Positions 47,701-59,600 of a DNA stretch of 64,000 nt are shown one piece after another (the stretch's first letter is position 1; each line of letters opens with the position of its first letter). Below the pieces are notes generated by a model. It made no database searches, was not told the origin of the DNA, and saw only the letters and a list, made by a program, of their open reading frames with translations. Source of the DNA: Leucoraja ocellata (Eukaryota); the NCBI GenBank assembly GCA_036785375.1, contig JAWMAR010000026.1, positions 12,090,001-12,154,000 on the forward strand, read 5' to 3'. Position numbers and translations under genes: made by a program.

Positions 47701-50060
47701 CCGGTAGTTTGACAACGGTTTAAAAAGTCAGAATGCTATATTCTATATTCTGGATCTGACACCCTGGACCCGCCGCCACAGGTTCCAGTAAATATGAAAA
47801 GGAACTGGATTTTTGTGTTTGCACAACTATCTAATTGTATTTGTAAATAGACACAAAAGAGCTGGAGTAACTCAGCGCGACAGGCAACATCTCTGGAGAG
47901 AAGGAATGGGAGACGATTTGGATCGAGACCCTTGTTCAGATTGTATTTCTCGGCAGGCTGAAGTCTACGTTAAATGCCTCCCGGCTTACCTTGCTCGACA
48001 ATGTAGCTGAAACTGGCAGGGGCTGTAAGAGATACGTGTGATACCAGGCAGGTGTAAACAGTTTTGCCTGGAGCAGGCTGCGTATCGTGCAAAAAACTGG
48101 AAGCCTCATAAAGTCCATCCGCTGTTCTGTTTCTCACGGTTTCTATGCCGGTCAAAATCTCCACGTTGTTTCTTTGCCAGATTACGTCTAATTCCATTGG
48201 ATAAAACGCAGCCGTTTTACACACGAGTTGCGGCAAATGCGGTGCACTTCCTTCAATAGCAACAATTTTCAATGGAGTTGGGGGAGCTGGAACAATTAAA
48301 AAAAAAGCGTGAAGCTGCAAAATATATTTTATTTCAATGAACATAATTGTCGCTGAACCGTTGCTGCTGCCTCCTGTTATCCGTGTGGTTGTTTGTTGAG
48401 TTTATAATTTTGTTATACATTATTTTACGGAGGATATCAAGGTAAGTAGTGTAATTGAAACAAAGCATGAATGGAGTGCTGCCTAGCGCGATTATTATGA
48501 AGGAATGTGACACAGGTAGGTATTGCTTGGTAAGATTCCGTGACAGTGCTTTATGTTGAATTCAAAATCACGCTTTTCTTCTGAACATTTGCTCTTTCTT
48601 ATGTGCATGTGGTAGTTACAGAAAATGGACTGCACTGAATGGCAGAAGTACATCGGCGACAACAACTGCTTTTCTCGAAAAGCACGCAAGGATGAACGGA
48701 GCAAACTCTGTTTCTCATTTCATATATTTTATTAACAAGACATTAACGACCATGGTTCCATTTGTGCTGGAGCCACTGTTAGTAATATTTAGCGAGCGGG
48801 AGAGTTAATTGTACCTTTTTTTGTCAATTCATTGCGTAATCACCTCGTTTCTGTTTAAGCATATTTATTTTCCTTCATTTGTGTAATAACATCTCATTGT
48901 ACTATAATTATTAATTAATAAAGATATATTACATTTTACTCCCTGTGCCATATAAATGATTACCAAGCAAAGAAATAATATCGGAGAATTTCAGTTGTAG
49001 TTCTTTTTTTTTCTTTTTTCATTCCATGAACTTTCCTGGAGACAGTGAATGTGAAAACCAAATTATCCACCTCAAAACTGTGAGATCAATTTCTCCTCCG
49101 TTTTTAGTTGATGTGAAAGTTTGTCGGCGTGGGAAATTTGCAACTTTCTGGAAATTCGGAGTAACGTGAATTTGGTTGGGTATTTGAAAAGCTGGAGGTC
49201 AAAATATAAAGTGACCTGCCAATTTACAAGAGCCATAACCAGGGTAACGTCACTATGACTTTTTTAACATAACCCGGAGTAAATAAAACAAAACTATAAC
49301 AGAACTCTCGCTGAACGTATATTGACCGACGGATGGAATATTTTTCAGTATTTTCCCTTTATTTCAGATTTCCATCTCGGAAGTAACTATTAAAATTATA
49401 GAGCTAGATAAGATTAATATTTCCTCCACCAGCAAGCTTTTGTAACATTGCAACAGAAGAACATACCCCACTACTCGTAACAAAGACACTTACTTAACAC
49501 AATTAGCTGGGAGCCAGTTCCATTGCCGATAAGTTGCAGTTGATATTTCACTCGACAGTAATACATCCCGAAGTCATCGACACTCACATTCAGCAAAGTA
49601 AATGTACTGCTTCCCTTGTCTACTTTGAATTGTTTTCTGCTGTCCGCTTCCATAAATGTCTTCTCGTCCCCTCTCCACCAAGAAACGTCAGCGGTTTCTT
49701 TTAATATCGGAAATTTGCAGAACATGGAATCACTTCTGCCCCTGGAGACACTCAGGATTGCGGGGAATTGTTCCACTTTGCTCGAAGTTGCTTTTGTCAG
49801 TGGCAGAAATAAGTAAATATGATGAAAACATTTGTACATACAGCACCAAGAAAAAGAGCCAATGGATACACAAATACAAAACAATTAGGAAATAATGGTT
49901 AGCCAATTGTAGAAACGTTGTAAATTTAATTTACTGTGGCATACTAGTGTAAAATATTGTCAAATATGATTTGCTTAGCGAAATCGGTACAGAAACTAAG
50001 CATACCTTGACAAAGCAAAGCAAGAAGACCCATGTACCGAACCATTGCTTTCACCGGCAT
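44735..50060 (-). CDS. IgSF receptor gene B (leader-VJ-C1-TM-ITIM tail, truncated C-terminus), ~321 aa
   Basis: Exons 50060-50006, 49790-49494, 48286-47990, 47455-47354 (TM), 46948-46905, 46505-46395, 44794-44735; phases consistent and exon sizes parallel gene C. Confidence 0.88.
44996..45550 (-). mobile_element. Penelope-like 3' terminal fragment in gene B last intron
   Basis: Near-identical to 5215-5762; GIY-YIG ORF 45206-45532; 13-bp TSD AGTGTAACACAAA at 44983-44995 and 45551-45563. Confidence 0.92.
46395..46505 (-). CDS. Gene B cytoplasmic exon 2 (ITIM SAYATL)
   Basis: VRQASSEDASAYATLNLSEGKKMTKYRRKEENVVYAE; 111 bp. Confidence 0.88.
46905..46948 (-). CDS. Gene B cytoplasmic exon 1 (44 bp)
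   Basis: GINANCVEASRSVEP; same size and donor (CCG|GTAGGTGAA) as gene C exon 59155-59112. Confidence 0.8.
47354..47455 (-). CDS. Gene B transmembrane exon
   Basis: ETTDKTLILGCVVGGLSFVVLLIILTRFVLKAQR; CAG/GTAAG. Confidence 0.85.
47990..48286 (-). CDS. Gene B C1-set exon
   Basis: LVCKTAAFYPMELDVIW...YTCLVSHVSL. Confidence 0.92.
49494..49790 (-). CDS. Gene B VJ-type Ig domain exon
   Basis: SMFC...WWR...DFGMYYC...IGNGTGSQLIVL; GTAAG donor; AAG acceptor inferred. Confidence 0.88.
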
Positions 50061-51345
50061 ACTGCAAAATAGAAGGGTGTGCATAAGAATAGGTTTTCAT
50101 AGAATGCCTGAAGCGTGTGACACCAACGCCGTAAATCACATGACTAAGGCATCGTGATGCATTTTGAGTATATTTATGTTTCAGCGAGTATGATCTAGGA
50201 AATATGTTTTCTTCGATTTCCTACTCCAAAATGATTTCTCTCCCAGCCATTGTAGGTGCACCGCGTTTGGACAACACATATTGAAATCCATTTACCTCTA
50301 CCTCATTCTCAAATTGAGACTTTGTCCTACCGGAGCATAAGATGACAGAGCTGTCAACTATTCAGCCTCGTATATTTCTGTCACAGATTATCCCACCTTG
50401 AATGCAGGAGGGTGTGATGACCTTTGAGTTAGTCCCGCTGCGAATTTCTTTCATTTCAGCCAAAAACTCCAAGCCTCAATTGCAGCATTTAAATGAGATA
50501 CATTACAGCAAGTGATGTTGTTGATAAGGATTTGATCATCCACTAGATGGCAATTGGGCGGCGTACCATTAAGAGTTTTTCGCTATTGATTCGGATCGTC
50601 TAATTCTTTACACAAGGAATTTAGAAAGGGAAACCCATAGGCAACTGAATCTTTGATTGCATTCTTTTTCGCTTACAATATATAGTGCATTCCTCTGCTA
50701 CCTTTCTCCGTGGTACCATATGTGACTATAAGCAAAAATGTTATAACCTCTTTCCAGTGTTAAAATTCAGGAATTAACTAGCTCCTTGCTCCCAAGTATT
50801 AATCTGTTACATTCGCAGATATTTGCAACAGCAACTTTCGCGCAAAGTTATTCAAGGGCCAAATGTGCATTACAAAACCCGATTACTGAAGAGAAGGGGA
50901 CCACATCAACAAACAAAAGACGATGCGAGTTTATTAAAGTAAAAGCTTGGATTGTTAGAAATAGAATCGATTATCAAAGAAAAGGAGAAATACGTCCAAG
51001 ACCACAAAAGACTTCAGAGACAAAAAATAGAATTCTTTATAGTATGACTGCTTAAAATTGTTGCATTCTTGGAGATTTGAGCACTTGACAACTTGTGATG
51101 CCAAATTTTAAAAGAGCAGCATGAGCAAGGTGTATAGTCCGTGGAGTTTGTTCCCAGTCAATGCAATGTGCGACGTAACTTTTTAAAAGTTATAATTGTT
51201 CAAGAATCATCTTTGTAAATGTGTTTCATTTTAGTTATTTCAGGTTCACATTTTCAACACACAAAGAATAGTTATTATGGTAAGATGAATAACAAAACGT
51301 GAATCAAAAAAGGTGACATGTGTGAAGGAACATAAGATGATCAAA

Positions 51346-52683
51346 CGTGTGTGCAAACTTAAGAACTTTAAATGAGTGGGGAGGGGAGAAGAGGGGGGAA
51401 GGGGGATACGGGGAGAAGGGGAGAAGGGGGGAGAATGGGGGAGAAGGAGTGGGGACACTTTTAAGAAGCCATACAACGTTTAATAAGCCAGAGATACACA
51501 TATGGGAAGCTCGGCGGGCATTTAACATTACCGGTGGGTTATCTTTAGTTCTGAAAATTCGTGCTTATGTTTGTTTCCCCCAATGAGCCAATGAAAATGA
51601 CCGGTCAGCAAAGGCGATTAACTAAGACTTCCTACGACTACCTCGACTACCTACAACTATATGGTGACCCCACTACGACTGCACCTACGACCACATGATT
51701 ATCGATTTTCTCCATGGCGACTAATTTGTGGTCGCAGCAACATTTTGTATGACAACTTGGTCTATTTGATCTTATTTGATTGTGCACGCTGGGTTGATTG
51801 CATTCGTCGAAACAGGGCGGACCATGTGAAGGTTGCAATCTCCCACCCCAAGGAGACTCACCAGAGACCATCAGCGAATATGTGGCGACCATGTGGTGGG
51901 CACAGAGTCTCCTGCACTCGCCAAAAAAGTCGCCTAAAGGGGCAGTCCCACTGAGGCGACCTAATCTGCGAGTTTAGAAGAGTTTGCCCTCGACTCAAAC
52001 TCGCAGCATGGTCGACACGTGGTCCTAGGAGGTCTCTGGAACCATGCCTCAGTTTGGTCGAGGAAACATTTTCAGCATGTTGAAAGATTGTCTTCGGCAT
52101 GGTTCCTTTGAACTCGTAGTGCAGTGGAATGGGGTCGTTGTGTAGTTATAGGCAGTCGAGGGCAGCCATAGGCAATCTCCTTGGTTGACCGGGTAATTTA
52201 ATTGGCTCATTGGCGTTTTCTGGGCCAAGGGAAACCGACCGGTAGGTTAAATGCCCGCTAAACTTTATTAAAAGTTGTCTGGCTTCGTAAAAGTGTATCC
52301 ACTCCATCTCCAGCCCCCCCCCCCCCCCTCTCTCCCCCTCTCTCCCCCTCTCTCCCCCTCCCTCCCCATCACCTCCCCCCCCCCCCCCCCCCTCCGCGCT
52401 CGCTAAAGGACTTACCGTACACTGTGCCGTCGTCATTTACGTTCCTGTTCATCGCGGGTGTGAATTTCAGACTGCGCCCCACCCCCCCCCCCCCCCCCGC
52501 TTCCCCTGGCCCCCGCCTTTGCGATGTGTGTATGTGCGGTCGGTCGATCCAGCTCGCGGTTTCATCGCTGACGGTCAATCCAGCTCGAGGTTGTTCAGGA
52601 GAGTGCCCTCGAGCTTGAAGGTCGAAGACAGTCGCTGAAAGGTCGCGTTAGTGGGACAGGCCCTCGAGTGGGACAGGCCCTTA
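51346..52683. mobile_element. Nested PIF/Harbinger-like MITEs
   Basis: TIR AGGGGCAGTCCCACT at 51938 and AGTGGGACAGGCCC twice (52650, 52668) with TAA/TTA flanks; left boundary approximate. Confidence 0.65.
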
Positions 52684-55228
52684 TGGGACAGACAGCCTTC
52701 CCAGTCTCTCATCATAACTGAAAAATTCATTCCAGGAAAAAATGTTGAAGTATATATTCTCATTTTATTTCTGGCCATCATTGATGGCACCGAAGCAGAA
52801 ATGGTCGAAAGGTTCAAGTGCCTTAGAATAAATATCACCAGCAATTTGGCCTGGACCAGCCACGTCGAAGCTATGGCCAGAAATGCACACGAATGCCTCT
52901 ACGTCCTGAGAAAGATTAGGGATTTCGGCATGACATCAATAACCCCCATCAACTTCGACAGAGACATTGTAAACAACTTTTTTAGGATGTATTATAGACG
53001 GGGTTGGAAACAGCTCCATCCAAGACCACAAGACATTGCAAGAAGTTATGGACGTAACTCAGACCATCACACAAACCAACTTCCCATCCATTGACTCCAT
53101 CTACACTCCATCTGCCGCGGCAAGGCCGTCAGGATAATCAAGGACCAGCCTCACACCAGCCATCACTCTTCTCCCCTCTCACACGAGGCAAGTCTTACAG
53201 AAGTTTCCGACGCATATCTCCAGAATCAGGGACAATTTCCTCCCAGCTGTCATCTGGCAAATGAACGAACGGTCCTCTGATCAGCTAGAGTGCGCTCCTC
53301 GTCTACCTCATCCATCTCACATAAGAACTTTCAACCATCTTTCATTGGCCTTTATCTTGCACTCAGTTTTGTACCCGTTACAATTTCTCTGTGCATTGTT
53401 GACGGCTTGATTATATTCATGTATATTATTTTCTTTGACAGGACAGCACGCACTGAAATGTTTTTCATTGTATTTCGGTAGACGCGACAATAATTTGCTG
53501 AAGTAAACTGAACTAAACACACGACTTGGAATTGAAACACAGACTTTGCGGAGCAACTTTACATACATTTGTCACGCCGAAATAAGCTATTACATAAATT
53601 GCTCAAATCGCCGTTCTGATCTGTAACGTAAGAAGGCGACATTTTGCTTTTCACCACAAAGTGTTTCCACGACGTCATCAGCAAGTTCGCGAGCGCAATT
53701 CTAGTCTCGGCTATTTGTGAATTTCTTATTAACTCGAGCTGCAGATACATTCGCTTAAAGGGAAAACGGAGACGTGCAGCATAAGACAACAACATCCAGG
53801 CAGATTACTCCGTGTACTCACCAAATATATCAATTTTTGTTTTGAACATACACCTTCTAGTTTTAGACTCCCCTACCATTTGACAAAAGATTTTTGACTA
53901 TCTTCCCTGTCTATGAACATCATAACTCTAGTTTCTTCATTCCACTTCTGTCCCGGAGGCAGAATCAAATTAGCACCAACTTACAAAATTCTTAAGGGGT
54001 TGGACAGGTTAGATGCAGTAAGATTGTTCCCGATGTTGGGGAAGTCCAGAACAAGGGGCCATAGTTTAAGGATCAGGGGGAAGTCTTTTACGACCGAGAT
54101 GAGAAAAACATTTTTCACACAGAGAGTGGTGAATCTGTGGAATTCTCTGCCGCAGAAGGTAGTTGAGGCCAAGTTCATTGGCTATATTTCAGAGCGAGTT
54201 AGATTTGGCCCTTGTGGTTAAAGGGATCAGGGGGTATGGAGAGAAGGCAGGTACGGGATACTAAGTTGGATGATCAACCATGATCATGTTGAATGGCGGT
54301 GCAGGTTCGAAGGGCCGAATGGCCTACTCCTGCACCTATGTTCTATGTTTCTACACGGCCATGGTATCATCAAATCTAATCATGATTTTATTAGCGAATT
54401 ATCTTTTATTCCACCCATCATCCTCTTCAAAATCTTGGTATTCAGTAGGTTAACACCTTTCTCTATTTCACAGTTCTGATCAGGGATCCCTCGTCTGAAA
54501 TATTAAACGTTTTTCACTCCAGTCTGCAGTCTGACCTGTTCATCTATCCAACCGTTTTTATTTCCTATTTTTACATCGTTTTGTCTAAGTTTCTATTTCC
54601 CATGTCTCATGAAAGGTTATAGGCGAACTATTAATTTCCCTATTCGTTTGCAAAATGTACATGATTACAACATTCGTGATGTAGAGAGTCAAGTAGAATT
54701 TATTGACATATGCAGAGGTCTGTACGGTACAGGTCCAAATTAAATTTGTATCCACCACATGCACATGCCCATTGACTCAAACATGGGTGGCTGCAGGATG
54801 CTATACCCTAAATGGAGGAAAACCTGTGCGTGACTTTGTTTAACGTGGGGAAACTGGTGCACAGACAGCCACCCCACGATCCTTGACAGATCTGGGCCAG
54901 GATCCAGTGGCACTAAACAATTTTCACAAACCTATAATGGAATGAGGTTCACAAACAATTAATGTGTTAATACAGGGCCTTCGTGAAAGAACAGCTGAAG
55001 AGTGACGCTGTTTTTCTGAAGCGTTATGGGCTGATTAAAAAAATCGGGGCTTATTTTTACTTACCATCTGATACCCTCTACTTTTCAAAGTCGTTCATCT
55101 TCATGCTGGTTGCAACCGAAGAGCCCCGTGCAAGAGCCTTCCCCGTTTTTTTAATGAGCTCATCGGTGACCATCATCCAAACTTTGTAAACTTGCATTTC
55201 CCTTATACCTGTCACCAGATCAAAGTCA

Positions 55229-55790
55229 ACTAGACCAAGTGGGACCCGTTGGGCCCCGTTCCCCCATCGCGATATTCCTTCACTCACCCATAGCTCCCAA
55301 CTGCGCAGGCGCGGCGGATGCTTTTAAAGTTTAAAATGGCAATAACGTAAAAAATAAGATCAATGTTTACGCATCTACTCTCCCTCTTCAGTCGCCTATT
55401 CCCTTACTCCATTATCCAGCCTCTCCCCAGACTCCACCAACCCCCCTCTGCTTCCTCCCCTCACCCCTCCCTCCCCTCCTCATTCGTCCCCCTCCCCTCC
55501 TCCATTACCTCGCCATCCCTCTTCCTACCCCTACCCTCCTCCCTCCCCCCTCATCTCCCAGCATTCCCTCTGCCTTCTCTTCACCCTCTTTTCTCTCTCC
55601 TCTTCCTCTCCCAAATTCCCTCCCTCACCTCTTCCTCCCTCTCCTTTCCCCTACCCTCAGCCACTCCCTTCCTCCATAAACTAGTAGAGTGGATAAGGGA
55701 GAACTAGTGGAGTGGAGTGGATAAGGGTGTAACTAGTGGAGCGGATAAGTGGAGTAACTAGTAGAGTGGATAAGGGAGAACCAGTGGATG
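55229..55790 (-). mobile_element. Helitron-like 3' end (reverse orientation)
   Basis: CTAGACCAAGTGGGACCCGTTGGGCCC is the reverse complement of the hairpin+CTAG terminus; right boundary approximate. Confidence 0.65.
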
Positions 55791-56515
55791 TCTTATATCT
55801 GGGCTTTCAGAAGGCTTTATTTGTAACCAGTCGCCCCATCCCAGAAACAACAGTGCTTTAGGAAGAACATTTGTTTTACTTATTTACAAGCATGTACCAT
55901 ACAGTTCGTTGATCCATATCCAGCAAAATTGTGTGATAATTGCACAAAAGGTATTATTGTCTAAGAAATTTGGTGCGGAATGATAATCCATCTCAGTACT
56001 CATTTAGGCAAGTCCCAAGCTATAGATACTTTCCCCCCACCCCCAATCCCTCTCGCCCAATCTTCATTGAACCTACCATTTGACCAATATTTTACTCAGC
56101 TGCTATAACGTTTCCTTCCTATCAAAATCTCTGTGTAGCATCTCTGTCCCTATCTTCAAATTCCCACTTTGAAATAAAATACCACTTAAAAATTTCGCAG
56201 CAGGATCGCTATGTAAATGCAAATATATGGTATCCAAGAAGCATAACTTGAAGCGTTTGCATTTGGAGAAGTTCGATACGGACCAGGAATGAAAATTAAT
56301 AGTTATGAATAACATATTTCTGCTTCTACTTTGTATATTCTTATTTTTTATCTGCAATAGACAAATTCCAACAGTGAGCCTGTCTTTCATCGAAGTTGAA
56401 AATGGTCACTTGCTTTCTACCCTCTAACAATTATTACTCTAAATTCTGGACGCAACGTGAAACTTTGGTCTTGTACTCAAACAAATAGTCTACCATCTAA
56501 ACTGTATTTGGATTG

Positions 56516-56653
56516 TCAGTTACACGTCTTTTTAGAAGTATTCACATCAGCGTACACCGTGTATTTGTTGTTCTGTTTGGATGCTGATGTTTTCTTGGGG
56601 TTGTGATGTTGCACAGTTGCGTAGGTCAGCTTGTCATGTCCACCTCTTTTAGT
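56516..56653 (-). CDS. Gene C terminal exon (ITIM LTYATV, ITSM TVYADV)
   Basis: TKRGGHDKLTYATVQHHNPKKTSASKQNNKYTVYADVNTSKKTCN*. Confidence 0.87.
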   Translation of the reverse strand, partial: TKRGGHDKLTYATVQHHNPKKTSASKQNNKYTVYADVNTSKKTCN

Positions 56654-59600
56654 CTGCGAAAGTAATTAATGATCGGTGATTAGGCAATCATTCAGTGACG
56701 AATTTGAGCATACTGCTTTAAAATAATATTTTATGCAACCCATCAGTTGTTATTTTTACAATGGTATTGATTTGCAGATTTATTTTTGGCTATACCTTTC
56801 TGCTTGATATTGAGTTTAAACGCGAGGAGCTGTTCTTGTCCCACAAAATAATTATTTTCTTTTTCTTTTATGTCAACTTCGACGTAATTACGAAAGTTAG
56901 GAGAATTGGTGAATGCTCAAAATTGTATCCGCAGTATTAAATATTTGGCATAATACGAAGCCCCTTTTAAAGTGTATTTGTGGGATTGGCGGGAATCCAT
57001 TTTGCCTGTCGCGCCCAAGAGGTGGTTCGCAGACTGAAGCTACCGGTACCTCTCCAATAGACACCGCGGCTCGCGGCTTCATCAGCGGCACCGAAATGCA
57101 ATAGAATATAAGTTGGTACTACTTCCTATGGCTCTGCGTCCCCAGCTTTTGATACGAGTCCCCTATTCGGTGGATAATTTGAACGGCTTGTTTACTCTCT
57201 TTTCCCAGGCCATTGTCTTGCATTTGTATTTAGTTTCGCCCTGATTATGAGAACTGGATAGGTTTGTGTGTTCCTAGCTTCCCACCCTTTATTTCTTCAC
57301 ATACAATTTACATTTGAATTTAAACCCGAATAAGGAAAGGAAAATTATATTTATGCTCTGATGAGCAGCGGGCGATAGGCTTTACTTAAATGAAGATTTG
57401 CCATTGTGCACTTATATTTTCCCTGCAGTTTGGGAAAAGCAACTACATTTGGAACAATGCTCATTCCATAACTTAATTACGCTGTCCAAGAGCATTACCT
57501 GTGAATAGGCGACATGTTGTTCTTCTTGTAGACCATTTGAAAATCCTTTGCTCTCGCTTAAATTCAGTGTAGCATAGGCAGCGGTATGTTCAATTGGTGC
57601 TTGTCTCACCTATTGGAAAAGTACATTTAATACTGCGGGTGACCAGGCTTATATAGCTGATAGGACACTAGAACTGTATCTGGGGCTGAAAATCGATGCA
57701 CGCGGGATATAGAGGAATAGATTAACATTTCACTTGCTTTCAATGATATTACCAACGATGTCATTTCAAGGAAGGGGGTGGACAATGGTGTTGGTCGAGT
57801 TTCCTGGCGATAAACATCACCAATAATTTGCACTGGGCCAACCACATTAATGCTAACGCCATGAAAGCACACCATTGCCTCGACTTTCCCAGAGGACCAA
57901 GGAAAGTTGGACGGTCTCCAAAGTCTCTTCCCAAATTCCACAGCTGCACTGTCGAAATAATTATATGGGGATGAATCCCAAATTGGTTTAGCGACAGCTT
58001 TGCCCAGGACCTTAAGAAACGCAGGAACCTGTGATTGCAACCCAGCCAACGACGTAAACAAGCTTCCGTCATTCTCTCCTCTTCCCTCGGCGGACAGAAT
58101 ACACAATAGCTTGAAATCGCCTCGTGTAAGATTTAAAAACGGCTTTATACTCGATGTTATCAAGTTACTAAACAGGCGTCGCGCAAGCTAATTGTGCAAT
58201 CCTGATCTGCGATTTACCTCGTTCTGGTCCTTGAGTTTTTAAAATGTGCACTTTCTCTTTAGCTCTAACACAATATTTTGCATCCTGTGTCATTTCCCTT
58301 TTTGCACTTGGGTATGGTATGATTGTACCCATATATGGTATACAGTTTCCGGATTGCACGCAAAATAAAGTTTATAATTTAATCTCGGTGTACATGACAA
58401 TAATTAACCAGTGCCAATACGAATATCAGTCTTTTGCAGATTTTGGAGATTTCTTCTTCTAAGCATTGCAGAGTGGAAGATGCATTTGTGGGATTCCATT
58501 TAGCAGCCAGCAGCTGCTAAGCAGCTGGGAAGCAGTTCCGATGCCATGTAGGCCATATCCGGTTAAATTGCCTTTCGTTAAGGATCGAAGCCAAAACTGC
58601 AATTAACACGTTAAAGAACGGCACAAGAAAGCAAATTAAATTCTCGACAAAGGTTCTTTTCATTTTTATTTTAATTACCGTGCTTTGAAATTCAATATAA
58701 TTTTTGCCTTAAAATTGCCTTGGGTTGATTGTTGCACTTACTCTCCCATTGGTCAGCAACCCACAATCTCTTCGTAGTCTGATATTTGATACGTTCTCAC
58801 TATCTAAAATTATATTTTTAAGTGTTCCTGCCACCCGAACTAATAAAAGCTCATATTTTCATCCTAAACATCACCTTTCACTTTAGAATAAATTAGGATA
58901 TGATCTGGCATGGAATTGTCAAAAGATGTTGAAGCAGATACAACAGGAATGTTCAAATTATTAGTGGATGTATACTTGACGTAACCTGAAAAATAAATAA
59001 TGGGTTCATCCTGCCCTAGAGTATTCCACGATACTATAGAATAAAACTGATTTATAATATTTCTGCTACGAATAATCCCTATTTTGAAACAAGAGGAGAC
59101 ATTTCACCTACCGGCTCCCCGTTCGGACGTATTCCTACAGAGGTTACGTTATGGCCTAGAGGAATGAAACATGAGTTACATAAAAACAACTTGAATTGTA
59201 AAGATTGATCTGTAGATTTTGACATTAATCTTCTCATTTTAATCAAATTTGCTGCAGAAAATAAGAACGATTGCATTTTTAAATATCAGATGGTGCTCAG
59301 CAGCACCAATTGTCACAATTATAACAATACAACGCATCTTGTACTCTTTCGCGATGTTGCGCCCACTGGACCTAAATTTTAACTGAAACTTTAAAATTGA
59401 AATGGTTTATGAGGAACCGTGTCCATGTCGAAACAGCAATGTAATGTAAACATATGGAGATGTTTGGTTTTGCTCATTGCCACAGAAAACCACAGTTGTT
59501 TTTTCCTCAAAATTGTAATCTTCCATTGCATTAATTATCAATCACACTGGATTTGAAGAATTCCTTATATTTGAAAATATATGCATAGGTGATAATTGAA

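Noticed and set aside
57412-57498. Canonical ITIMs VAYSQV (C) and VVYAEV (B) seen in unspliced translation
   Set aside because: The final Val comes from the GT splice donor; the spliced products read YSQT and YAET.
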